From an uncultured Clostridia bacterium (GTDB lineage: Bacteria; Bacillota; Clostridia; TANB77; CAG-508), in contig CALXAA010000005.1 in assembly GCA_944386165.1 (NCBI GenBank), positions 3,328 to 67,327 on the forward strand: a DNA stretch of 64,000 bases, given 5' to 3'. Every line of letters starts with the position of its first letter. Within the stretch, counting starts at the first letter, position 1. The notes under the pieces are model-generated. The model searched no databases, was not told where the DNA came from, and saw only the letters and a program-made list of their open reading frames with translations. Shown piece after piece: positions 19,738 to 30,000 of this stretch. Position numbers and translations under genes: made by a program.

Positions 19738-22700
19738 CTATTCAACACTTTTCAAGCTTTCAATCATATCAATTTTTCTTAAAACAAAGTGAATTATGAA
19801 GTTTACAATTAGAGAAAATACAATTGTTGTTACTGCTGAAATTATATAACTTGATAAAAGTATATTTTCGGCAAATCTTAATGAGTCTATTTCTATACTT
19901 GCAATTATTCCACTTGTTATCAATACTCCAAGTCCAAGTCCTAAAATTACACCAAAAACTGTAAATACCATATTTTCTTTGTTTATGTAATTATCAACTT
20001 CTTTATCATAAAATCCTAAAACTTTGAGTGTTGCAATTTCTCTTTGTCTTTCTCCTATATTTATATTTGCTAAATTGTATAATACAACAAATTCAAGCAT
20101 TGCAGATGTAACAATTAGTACTATTACAATATAATTCATAGTGTTTAGCATATCACTTACTTGTTTTACTAAACTAGATGTGATTGAAACTGATGCTACT
20201 CCATTAAAGTTTAATATTTCTTCTGAAATTGTATTTTGTTGTTCTTCACTTATATCTTTTGTATTTACAAGAATCATATTTGTTTTATAGGTATAGCCCA
20301 TATTTGCTTCATAATATTCTTTAGACATATAAATATAATGTGATACATAGTTTTGAGTAATTCCATCAACTTTTAATTTATGTTCGATATCATCACTATC
20401 GATTATTGTTATTTCATCTCCAACTTCAATTTCAAATGTATCAGCTAACTTATCTGTTATAATTACTCCGCTATTACTTATTTGAAGTTTTTCTTCATCT
20501 TTTACATCAATTAGGTTACATACTTCTTCAAAATTTTCTGTATTGTTTGGTACAAAAATATTTACATCATAACTTATTTCTTCATTAGATACTTTGCCTG
20601 TTGATGCATATACTTCGTGAAAGTTTTCTATGTTTTCATTTTCAGATAAATATTTGGTAATATCATTTAATCCATCTGTGTTTGATAATGTAATTGATGT
20701 TTCATATTTAAATATGTCATTAAATTGAAAATCAGGTATATCAGAAACTGAATCTCTAATTCCAAAACCTGCAAGCATAAGTCCTGTGCATCCTGCAATT
20801 CCTATAATTGTAATAAGTGCTCTTTTTTTGTAACGAAAGATATTTCTAACAGTTATTTTTTGTGAGAAATTGAATCTTTTCCATATAAATGTTATTTTCT
20901 CCATTAATATTCTTTTTCCGTTTTTTGGAGCTTTTGGTCTCATTAATATTGCTGGTGTCTCTTTTAATTCTTTATATGCAGAAAGTATTGTTGCTCCTCC
21001 TATACAAATAAATGCTATTAAAATTCCTGCAAGACCTATTTCTACACGGTATGTAATATAAAATTGCGGAATTGTATATATCATTGAATATAACTCCCAA
21101 ACAATTGTTGGTAGTAAGTAAAAACATACTGTCATTCCTAAAATTCCACCTATTACACAGGCAAGAAATGCATATAATATATATTTTGAAATAATTTGCA
21201 TGTTTGTATATCCTAATGCCTTTAAAGTTCCTATTTCTGTTCTTTCTTCATCAATCATTCTTGTCATTGATGTTAGGCTTATCAATACTGCTACTAAATA
21301 AAATATTACAGGGAACATTTTGGATATATTAGACATTGTTTCTATTGCATCAAAAATATTTGTATATCCTGTGTTATCAAATCTATCTTGTATATACCAT
21401 TTTGCCTTTTCTATTTTTGTAATATCTTGTCTTGCTTCATCAATTTTTGCTTGTGCATCATTTAATTCTTGCTCTGCTTCTGCTTTTTTCTCTTGAAATT
21501 CTTGTTCATTTGTTTCTATTTCTGTTTTAGCTTCTTGAATTTGTTTTCTTCCATCTTCTATTTCTGCTTTTCCATTAGATATTTTTTTATATGCGGTTTT
21601 TTTATTAGTTTCTAATTCTGATTTTTGTCTTTCTATCTCTGCTTTTGCATTTGCTAGTTCTGTTTCTCCTGAAGTGATTTGTTCTTCTGCACTTTTTAAT
21701 TGATTTTGAATTTCTGTTTTTTGTGCTTGTAGCTGGTCTATTGTTCCTTGTGCTGTAGTAATTCCAGCATCTATTTCTGTGGTATCCATTCCTGCTTGAA
21801 TTAGTTGCTCTTTTTGTGTTTCTAATTGTTGCAGAGTATTTTGTGCTGTAGTAATTCCTGAATCAATTTGCCCGATTGCTTCATTTGCTTGAGTTCTTTG
21901 AGTTTCTAATTCTGTTTTTCCACTTTCCAATTCAGCAGATTTAGTATTTATATGTTCTTCTGCATCTGAAATTTGTTTTTCTGCATCACTAAATTGTTTA
22001 TTTAAATTTTTTTCTTGTTGTGTTAACTGTTTTTCTGAATTATTTAATGTTGTTTCCTGCTCACTTATTTCATTTTTTGCATCATTTATCTTATTTTCAG
22101 CATCTTGTAATTCACTATCTGCTTCTGCTTTTTTATCATCAAATTCTTTTTGTGCTTCATCTATTTTTTCATTTGCTTCATTTATCAAACCATCATATCT
22201 TGCTTGTTCTCTTATTTCTTTTATTTCTTCTATTTTTTGATAAACTGGATTTACTAATTTAAGATATGAATTACTATCTGTTACTTCTTCTTTTGCTCCT
22301 GAAACTTTTACTCCAATTTCTGTATAGTAATCTAAATTTATAACATCATCTTTACAGTATATGTAAAATGAAACTTTTCCACTTCCTATTGTAGTTGTTC
22401 CTCTTTCACTTGATATATATATAGGTGATTCAACTATACCAACTATTTTAAATTCTTTTGTTGTAAATATTGGGTTATCATTTTCATCTAAATCTTCATT
22501 TTGTAATGTTATAGTTTTTCCTATGTATTCTTCTGGATTTTCAGTTTGTACATATGCATCGTCTAATAAGCATTCATTTGAATTTTCTGGCAGTCTTCCT
22601 GCTATTAATGTTGGAGTGTTAATATTTTCATTATATTCTATTACTTTACAAATACTTTCATTTTCATCAATTAAAGCAAATGAGTCTTTTGTTTGTATTC

Positions 22701-22959
22701 CATATGCTCCTTCAACACCATCAATTTCTTGAAGTGCCGTTATATCTTCATCAGTTAGTCCTAGTGTTGAAATAATGTTTATATCATATAAATTACTACT
22801 ATCTGCGTATTTATCTAAACTATCTAACATATCTGGACTTGTTGCAACTAATCCCGCAAAAAAGCCTACTCCTAAAAATGCCATAACTAGTATAGATAGA
22901 AATCGTCTTCTTGTTTTAAATATTGTTTTTATATTATTTTTTAACAATGACTTTTTCAC
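19738..22959 (-). CDS. MacB/FtsX-type ABC transporter permease with two FtsX modules and a long coiled-coil extracytoplasmic insert (1073 aa)
   Basis: TM helix, large extracellular domain, 3-4 TM (FtsX-like), then a second repeat of the same arrangement. The central 300 aa are Q/E/K-rich heptad-like coiled coil. Paired with the ATPase upstream. Confidence 0.8.
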   Translation of the reverse strand: MKKSLLKNNIKTIFKTRRRFLSILVMAFLGVGFFAGLVATSPDMLDSLDKYADSSNLYDINIISTLGLTDEDITALQEIDGVEGAYGIQTKDSFALIDENESICKVIEYNENINTPTLIAGRLPENSNECLLDDAYVQTENPEEYIGKTITLQNEDLDENDNPIFTTKEFKIVGIVESPIYISSERGTTTIGSGKVSFYIYCKDDVINLDYYTEIGVKVSGAKEEVTDSNSYLKLVNPVYQKIEEIKEIREQARYDGLINEANEKIDEAQKEFDDKKAEADSELQDAENKINDAKNEISEQETTLNNSEKQLTQQEKNLNKQFSDAEKQISDAEEHINTKSAELESGKTELETQRTQANEAIGQIDSGITTAQNTLQQLETQKEQLIQAGMDTTEIDAGITTAQGTIDQLQAQKTEIQNQLKSAEEQITSGETELANAKAEIERQKSELETNKKTAYKKISNGKAEIEDGRKQIQEAKTEIETNEQEFQEKKAEAEQELNDAQAKIDEARQDITKIEKAKWYIQDRFDNTGYTNIFDAIETMSNISKMFPVIFYLVAVLISLTSMTRMIDEERTEIGTLKALGYTNMQIISKYILYAFLACVIGGILGMTVCFYLLPTIVWELYSMIYTIPQFYITYRVEIGLAGILIAFICIGGATILSAYKELKETPAILMRPKAPKNGKRILMEKITFIWKRFNFSQKITVRNIFRYKKRALITIIGIAGCTGLMLAGFGIRDSVSDIPDFQFNDIFKYETSITLSNTDGLNDITKYLSENENIENFHEVYASTGKVSNEEISYDVNIFVPNNTENFEEVCNLIDVKDEEKLQISNSGVIITDKLADTFEIEVGDEITIIDSDDIEHKLKVDGITQNYVSHYIYMSKEYYEANMGYTYKTNMILVNTKDISEEQQNTISEEILNFNGVASVSITSSLVKQVSDMLNTMNYIVIVLIVTSAMLEFVVLYNLANINIGERQREIATLKVLGFYDKEVDNYINKENMVFTVFGVILGLGLGVLITSGIIASIEIDSLRFAENILLSSYIISAVTTIVFSLIVNFIIHFVLRKIDMIESLKSVE

Positions 22960-23016
22960 TTTTTATCAGCCCCCTTTCATAAGGCTCTAAATATAAACGC
23001 CTAAATACATCTTTTC

Positions 23017-23718
23017 CTACCATTCAATATCATCTATTGAAATTGGATTTTCATTTTTTTCTATTTTTTCTGCTGTTCCATTTTTGAAATGTATTACTTT
23101 ATCTGCCATTGGTGCTATTGCTCCATTATGTGTTATTATTACTACTGTCATTTTTTCTTTTCTTGCCATATCTTGTAATAGTTTTAAAATGCTTTTTCCT
23201 GTTTTATAGTCTAATGCTCCTGTTGGCTCATCACATAATAATAGTTTTGGGTTTTTTGCTATTGCTCTTGCAATTGCAACTCTTTGTTGCTCTCCTCCTG
23301 ATAATTGTGCTGGAAAGTTATCTTTTCTACTACTTAGCCCTACTTTGTCTAGAATTTCATTTACATCTAGTGCATCTGAACATAGTTGTGTTGCAAGTTC
23401 TACATTTTCTTTTGCTGTTAGATTTTGTACTAGATTATAAAATTGAAATACAAATCCAATGTCATTTCTTCTATATTCTGTTAATTTTCTATTGTTTAAT
23501 TTTGTGATTTCTTTTTCGTCTACAAAAACTTCTCCTTTTGTTGCTGTGTCCATTCCTCCTAATATGTTTAATGCTGTTGTTTTTCCTGCTCCAGATGGTC
23601 CTACTATTACAACTAGTTCTCCTTTTTCTATTTGAAAATTTGTATTATCTAATGCTTTTATTGTGACTTCTCCCATTTTGTATTCTTTTACAATATTTTT
23701 AAATTCTATATATGACAT
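23017..23718 (-). CDS. MacB/LolD-type ABC transporter ATP-binding protein
   Basis: Walker [10 protein letters not shown], signature [14 protein letters not shown], Walker [14 protein letters not shown]-loop ITHN. Confidence 0.9.
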   Translation of the reverse strand: MSYIEFKNIVKEYKMGEVTIKALDNTNFQIEKGELVVIVGPSGAGKTTALNILGGMDTATKGEVFVDEKEITKLNNRKLTEYRRNDIGFVFQFYNLVQNLTAKENVELATQLCSDALDVNEILDKVGLSSRKDNFPAQLSGGEQQRVAIARAIAKNPKLLLCDEPTGALDYKTGKSILKLLQDMARKEKMTVVIITHNGAIAPMADKVIHFKNGTAEKIEKNENPISIDDIEW

Positions 23719-23891
23719 ATAAACTCATTCCTTTCTTGAGTTTTGTAATATTTGTTGGCATAATTTTACTCTACTATTTTTCCAGTAAAATTATACCATA
23801 AATTTGTGAAATTTTTGTGTATTATTTATTAATTTAATTAATTTTTCATAAAATAAAAATATAAAATATATTATTTTTTAAATTTTTAGTA

Positions 23892-23980
23892 TTATTTTTG
23901 ATTTTGTGTCAAAATTAGCGTTTGTTATTTTTGATTTTGTGCAAAATAGCTGTTGAATTATTTTTGATTTTGTGTAAAAT
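23892..23980. repeat. three 23-24 bp direct repeats phased at exactly 33 bp (candidate regulator binding array)
   Basis: TTATTTTTGATTTTGTG(T)(C)AAAAT starts at 23892, 23925 and 23958, with unrelated 9-10 nt spacers. The third copy abuts a TATAAT at 23985-23990. Confidence 0.8.
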
Positions 23981-24319
23981 GTAGTATAATATCAGTAACA
24001 ATATTACAAAAAAGTACGCATTATGTAGTACTCCTCCTTTCAACCTTTAAGCGAAGGGCAATTCAATTATATTACTTTTCAACTAAACATAATATTAAAT
24101 TGACTTTTTATAAGAGGCTAATTCTAGAAAATATTGTAGTTCAAATGTTAATTAGTAATAATAGAAAATTATATTTCTTTAAGAAATTAATAATGCTCTT
24201 GAAAAAGGATGAATTACATAAAATGATACAAAATAATTTTATCTAAAAAATTAAAGCAAACTAACTTTTTGCTATATTGTAATTTTTTCAATTTGTTACT
24301 TTTTTTTCCATTACAAGTA

Positions 24320-24347
24320 TTGACATTTTTTCAAATTATAGTATAAT
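24320..24347 (+). promoter_or_regulatory. near-consensus sigma-A promoter (TTGACA-16 nt-TATAAT)
   Basis: TTGACA at 24320-24325 and TATAAT at 24342-24347, 70 nt upstream of the ATG at 24418. Confidence 0.6.
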
Positions 24348-24417
24348 ATTGAATGTACTACTTAGGTAGTGCATAAAAAAAGGTTGGTTCAATCATTTAG
24401 CAAATAGGAGGTTTCTC

Positions 24418-24867
24418 ATGAAATCAAAATCTAAAGTTTTGGCTCTTATGATAGGCCTTGTGATGATGTTCAGCTCCAACTTGCCCGCTTTTGCAGCAGA
24501 AAATGCTGAACCGGAAGTTGAACTCATTCCCGTTTCGGTTGAATCTGATGGAATTGTTCCCTTTACCGTTGGCCAGGAAACTACTTTCAAAATTGGAGAA
24601 GTTGGATACCTCGACGATTGTGGAAATTTTCCTGCCTTTGAAATGTGGGTAACAGGAGGAACTAGTTCCACCCAGGTTATGTTTGAACTGACATCATCTG
24701 GTGGCGTCAAGTACGGTCCTTGTGGTCCAGTCTCCGCTGATAACTCCAACTATTGGAGATTCAGCCATTTTGTTCTGAATGGTGGAGGTTCCTGGAGATT
24801 CACTGCTTATGTGTCCAAAGGTACCAATACATCTAATCTTGTCTGCCATGTAAGACAAGTAGAATAA
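24418..24867 (+). CDS. small secreted protein of unknown function (149 aa precursor), compositionally foreign
   Basis: Sec-type signal peptide (MKSKSKVLALMIGLVMMFSSNLPAFA/AE). AGGAGG SD. Gly/Ser/Thr-rich, beta-rich-looking mature part with 3 Cys. Visibly higher G/C than its neighbours, which also creates a spurious antisense ORF. Confidence 0.7.
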   Translation: MKSKSKVLALMIGLVMMFSSNLPAFAAENAEPEVELIPVSVESDGIVPFTVGQETTFKIGEVGYLDDCGNFPAFEMWVTGGTSSTQVMFELTSSGGVKYGPCGPVSADNSNYWRFSHFVLNGGGSWRFTAYVSKGTNTSNLVCHVRQVE

Positions 24868-24924
24868 CGACTACTTACTTCTCTATATGAAAATGTAAGT
24901 AACCTAAATTAGAGCCAACCTTTT

Positions 24925-24963
24925 CAGCTACGAGTAATAATTAGAACTTGTAGCTGTTTTTTT
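24925..24963 (+). terminator. rho-independent terminator of the secreted-protein gene
   Basis: Stem CAGCTACgAG / CTtGTAGCTG followed by seven T residues. Confidence 0.6.
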
Positions 24964-25016
24964 ATTATGATAATTATATTAATATGTTTTAAAACAAATG
25001 TAACAATACATAAATA

Positions 25017-25059
25017 AAAAACATACTAAAACATGTAATATACATTTTAGTATGTTTTT
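25017..25059. terminator. bidirectional terminator
   Basis: Perfect 15-bp stem AAAAACATACTAAAA / TTTTAGTATGTTTTT with a 13-nt loop, immediately after the ABC-2 permease stop codon. Confidence 0.7.
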
Positions 25060-25062
25060 AAA

Positions 25063-25920
25063 TTATCTTATTTCTTGTTTTTTAAAAAAATATAATCCAA
25101 CTATATTTGATACTAATATTAGTCCTAAAGCATATTTTGGCATTTCGGTTAGATTTTCTTTTATTTTATTTACTTTTTCTTCATCAATTATAGAACTTTC
25201 ACTACATGCCATATGTACAACATCTGCTTGTCCTGTTGGAATTAAAAAATATATTGTTTTATAAATTCTCAATTCTTTTTCTTCTGGATAATTTGGATTA
25301 GGTTGTTTATCTATTACATGTTGTCCTTGCTCATCATAATATGTGCTTACTATATACTTAGAAGTATTAACCTTTTGGCTAACTATACTATTAACTACAA
25401 ACATTGTAACAAATAAGATAATACAAACTACAAGAGCAATTGATGCGTCTGAACAAAACATAGTAATTAAATTATAAATTGAGCAATAAACTGTAACAAT
25501 TAAAATTGTATATAAAAAGATTTCTCCCAAACTCATTAATTGTTGTAAATTTCCATATATTTTTGTGCCAAATAATAAAACAGTACCAATATAAATTGCT
25601 TCTAAAACTAATCCTGCAAAAATAGATATGATTAAATTTGCTAAATAAATATGCATTCTTTTATGTCCTGAAATAATTTTATTTCTAATAGTACCTCCTG
25701 TATATTCTTTTCCAACATATACACTTATAAAAATCGCAATTATAATTCCAAAATAATTTGCCATGTATTCAGTTATGATTCTATCTATTACTATAGAATC
25801 AACCATTGATTGATAACGATATACTGCAAATAAAGAAAGTACAAAACTTATTAAAATCATTACAAGAAAAATTTTATCTTTTTTTAATTTATAAAAATTG
25901 GCATTTAATAATTTAAACAT
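25063..25920 (-). CDS. ABC-2 type transporter permease (6 TM)
   Basis: Hydrophobic six-helix profile. Its start overlaps the upstream ATPase gene by 8 nt, suggesting translational coupling. Confidence 0.75.
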   Translation of the reverse strand: MFKLLNANFYKLKKDKIFLVMILISFVLSLFAVYRYQSMVDSIVIDRIITEYMANYFGIIIAIFISVYVGKEYTGGTIRNKIISGHKRMHIYLANLIISIFAGLVLEAIYIGTVLLFGTKIYGNLQQLMSLGEIFLYTILIVTVYCSIYNLITMFCSDASIALVVCIILFVTMFVVNSIVSQKVNTSKYIVSTYYDEQGQHVIDKQPNPNYPEEKELRIYKTIYFLIPTGQADVVHMACSESSIIDEEKVNKIKENLTEMPKYALGLILVSNIVGLYFFKKQEIR

Positions 25921-26827
25921 TATTGTTACCTCCTATTAAATTAATATAATACTCTTCTAGTGTTTCTTCCTTTTCATGAAAATCATTAATTACACAATTT
26001 TTATTTGACAGTCCAACCACAAGTTCTGAAATATTTACTTTATCATATATATTAATTAATTTATCGGTAATTACTTCAAAATCAATTTTCTCATTTTTTA
26101 AATATTTAGTACATTCTTCTACATTATTGACATTTATTTCAACTATTCTCTTACAATTTTTTTCTAACTCTTTACTTGTAATCTCTTTTATTATTTGACC
26201 ATTATTTAAAAATCCATAGTTTGTAGCTATTTTGGAAAGTTCATCTAAATAATGGCTTGATATTAAAAATGTAATATTTTTTTCTTTATTAAGTTTTAAA
26301 ATAAGTTCTCTTATTTCTATAATTCCTTCTGGATCTAGTCCATTTATAGGCTCATCTAAAATAAGAAAATCATGATTTCCTGCTAGTGCAATAGCAATTC
26401 CTAATCTTTGTTTCATTCCTAAAGAAAATGTCTTTACTTTCTTTTTTCCTGTTTCTGCTAATCCTACAAGTTTTAATATATCATATATACTCTTATAGTT
26501 AGATATTCCCAATATTTTATATTGTATTTTTAAATTTTCTTCTGCAGTCATATCTAAATAAATAGATGGACTTTCTATAATTGCTCCCATTCTTTTTCTT
26601 GCTTCTATAATTTTTGAGCTTTCACTAGAAATTTTATAAATAGTATAAGTACCATTTGTTGTTTTTTGTAAACCACAAATTACTCTCATTAAAGTTGTTT
26701 TGCCTGCTCCATTTTTTCCAATAAGTCCATAGATTGCACCTTTTTCAATATGTAAGTTAAGATTAGAAAGAACTAAATTTTTCTTATATTTCTTTACAAT
26801 GTTATTTGCTTCCAAAACATATTCCAT
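25913..26827 (-). CDS. ABC transporter ATP-binding protein (ABC-2 / bacitracin-lantibiotic-immunity-like subfamily)
   Basis: Walker A GKNGAGKTT, signature FSLGMKQRLGIA, Walker B FLILDEPINGLD. Confidence 0.9.
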   Translation of the reverse strand: MEYVLEANNIVKKYKKNLVLSNLNLHIEKGAIYGLIGKNGAGKTTLMRVICGLQKTTNGTYTIYKISSESSKIIEARKRMGAIIESPSIYLDMTAEENLKIQYKILGISNYKSIYDILKLVGLAETGKKKVKTFSLGMKQRLGIAIALAGNHDFLILDEPINGLDPEGIIEIRELILKLNKEKNITFLISSHYLDELSKIATNYGFLNNGQIIKEITSKELEKNCKRIVEINVNNVEECTKYLKNEKIDFEVITDKLINIYDKVNISELVVGLSNKNCVINDFHEKEETLEEYYINLIGGNNNV

Positions 26828-26969
26828 ATTTTTCCTCCTATTTAAAACGTATTATATCATCAATATTAATAAATAGCAATATTATTACATTAAAATTATA
26901 GAAAAGTATTTTTTATACACATATTTACATTTTTTTCTATTATAATACAATATTAAGAGTAATAAAATA

Positions 26970-27000
26970 AGGAATATTCCTAGATTTTAGGAACGTTCCT
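26970..27000. promoter_or_regulatory. twin 12-bp perfect palindromes AGGAAnnTTCCT (terminator or operator)
   Basis: AGGAATATTCCT at 26970-26981 and AGGAACGTTCCT at 26989-27000. The outer arms AATAAGGAA/TTCCTTATT can also pair. Lies between the giant glucan-synthase stop codon and the ABC operon promoter region. Confidence 0.5.
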
Positions 27001-27005
27001 TATTT

Positions 27006-30000
27006 TTACATCTCAACATCAATATTAAAAACTTTTCCAGAGCCATCAAGAAGAATTCTATTATCAGACTCAATGCCATTTATCAAAACTCTTTTAACAC
27101 CTGTGCAAGATTTTGAGATATTATTTACTTTTATATTATAAATACTTTCACCATATTTATATTGTACAGAATATTTATCCCAATTATGTGGAATACATGG
27201 CTGAATACTTAAAATATTATGGTGAACTTTTAGACCTAGTATATATTCTATTCCTGCAATGTAATACCAACTACTTGAGCCTGTATACCATGTCCAGCCT
27301 CCTTGTCCTACTAAGTTCTGTGCACCATAGATGTCTGCTGAAATTACATATGGTTCTACTTTATATTTGTTTGCTTCTTCTTTTGTTTTTGTATGCTCAA
27401 TAGGATTTATCATCTTATACCATTGAATTGCATTGTCTCCATTTCCTAACATTGTTTCTGCAATTATTGCCCAAATTGCAGCATGTGTATATTGCCCTCC
27501 ATTTTCTCTTACTCCTGGCAAATATGCTTTTATATATCCTGGTTCTAATTTGCTTTTTTCAAATGGTGGATCTAATAATTTTATTAGTCCATGTTCTCTA
27601 TCAACTAAATGATTTCCTAAGCTTTCCATTGCTACTATCTGTTTTTCTGAATCTCCCGCTTCTGATATTACACTCCAGCTTTGTGCAATACTGTCTATTT
27701 TACATTCTTCATTTTCCATACTTCCATATACATCACCATTGTCTGCAAATGCTCTTTTATACCATCTTCCATCCCAAGCATTTTTATTTAGATTTTCTTT
27801 TAATTTATTTGCTATTCCTATATATCTTTCTGCTGTTTCTATATCTGTTTTTATATCAATTTTTGTATTTTCCATATTTGACTCAATTTCATCATTTATT
27901 TCATAATTTTTTGCATATTCTGCAAATTCAACTAAAATAGAATATAAGAAAAATCCAAGCCAAACACTTTCTCCCTTTCCTTTTGGTCCAATATTACTAA
28001 ATCCATCATTCCAATCTCCTATTCCTATTTTAGGAATTCCATGTTCTCCAAATTTACATGCTCTGTCTATTGCTTTTTTGCAATGTTCATATATAGTTCC
28101 TTCTATTTTGCTTTGCAAATATTTATCATATTTTTCTTTTTCATCTTCACTTAATTCTGCTCCTTGTAAATATGGAGTTTTAACTTTTAATATACTGTAA
28201 TCTCCTGTGAAATTTATATATTTTATTACTGCATATGGGAGCCAAAGTAAATCATCTGAAAATTTAGTCCTAATTCCTCTTTCATTTTCATCATGCCACC
28301 AGTGTTCTACATCACCTTCAATAAATTGATGTTTACTGTGCTTAATAATTTGATTATAAAGAATATTAGTGTCTATAAACTTACTAGAAAATGTATCTTG
28401 TAATTGGTCTCTAAAACCATATGCTCCACCAGATTGATAAAATCCTGTTTTTCCTAATAGTCTACTTACAAGTGTTTGGTACATCACCCATCCATTTAGT
28501 GTAATATTTAAAGATTCATATGGTGTATTTACTTGTACTCTTCCTAAAACTTCATTCCACTTGTTTTTTACTTTTTGAAGTTCCATATTGCAATTCTGAA
28601 TATTTGAATATTTATATGCTATATCTTTTGCTGTAATTTTGTTTTCTTCTGCTCCTAATATAATTGATATTTTCTTTTCAGAAAAGCTTTCTATTTGAAC
28701 CTCTAATTCTATTGCAATACAAGATTTTTTACCAATTCCATTATCATTATCTAATCTCATACATTTTAAAGCATCTGGTGATGTTATTCCACCTTTTCCA
28801 AAAAATTTTGATTTATTTCCTGTAAAAGATTTTATTTTTTCACTACTTGATACATAAATAATATTGTTTAATGGATCTTTATTATATAATTTTTTAGCAA
28901 TAATAACATTTGAATTTTCTTCATATTGTAATTTTATATATCCATCTGTTTTTAATTCATCTTCTCCAAGTACTGGTTTTATATAATAATATATTTTAAT
29001 TTTTTTCTTTTTAGGTGCATTGTTTTTTAAAGTCAAAATGTTTATTTTTGCTGAGTCTTCATTTGGAACAAATACTTCTAGTTCTTGAATTATATCATCA
29101 CTTGAATGAATAAATTTTGCATATCCAAATCCAAATACTGTATTATAGTTTTTTTCATCAGGTGTAGGCATTGCAGTTGGAGACCATATTCTGCCTGATT
29201 CTTCATCTTTTAAATATATAGCTTCTGTTGGTGTATTTATTGTAAAACTGTTGTGCCAAGCAGTTATTCTATTAAGTCTACTATTTCTATACCAAGTATA
29301 TCCTCCATTTGATTCTGTAACTACTGTTCCAAAGTTTTGGTTTGCCATGATATGACTCCATGTTGTAGGAGTTTTCTGCTCTTTATTTATTTTTATCCAA
29401 TATTCTTTTCCATCTTGTGAAAATGCTCCATATTCATTATAATATTTTAGATTTTCTGTGTTTGCGAGCATATCTATTTCATTAGAATTATCTTCTTCTA
29501 TTGATGGCAAATCTACTAATTCTGTTACTCTATAATTATCTATTACATCTTCTTCCATATCTTTTATAATATTTTCTAAATTTCCTAAATGACTATCTAT
29601 TACAAGAGAAGAAACAAATTTTATTAATCTTACATCTTTACTGTCCATTTCACTTTTTGAAAGTATAAATATACCTCCAAAAATGTTTTTTAAATATGCT
29701 AATTGACTATTTAAAACCGCTCCTTCTACTTCATTTCTAACATAATTTTCATAACTATAATTTTCTTCATCTATTATTACTAATTCCATTTTTAAGTTTC
29801 TCATCCTTAAATATTCATACATTTTTATAACTTGTTTTACAACATATATATCATTTAAATATTTAATAGTTACTGTAATTATTGGAAGTTCTCCAGAAAT
29901 TCCATATTTCCATAAATCTTCTTGTTTGAATTCTTCATTTTGATTATTCTTTTTTGATTTTAATGGATTATCAAATAATATATAAGATGCAATTGTTTGA

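Noticed and set aside
24393-24749. 118-aa minus-strand ORF overlapping the secreted-protein gene
   Set aside because: It lies antisense within a G/C-richer gene where stop codons are rare, has no SD, and has a Pro/Ser/Thr-rich, nonsensical composition. The plus-strand ORF has a promoter, SD, signal peptide and terminator.
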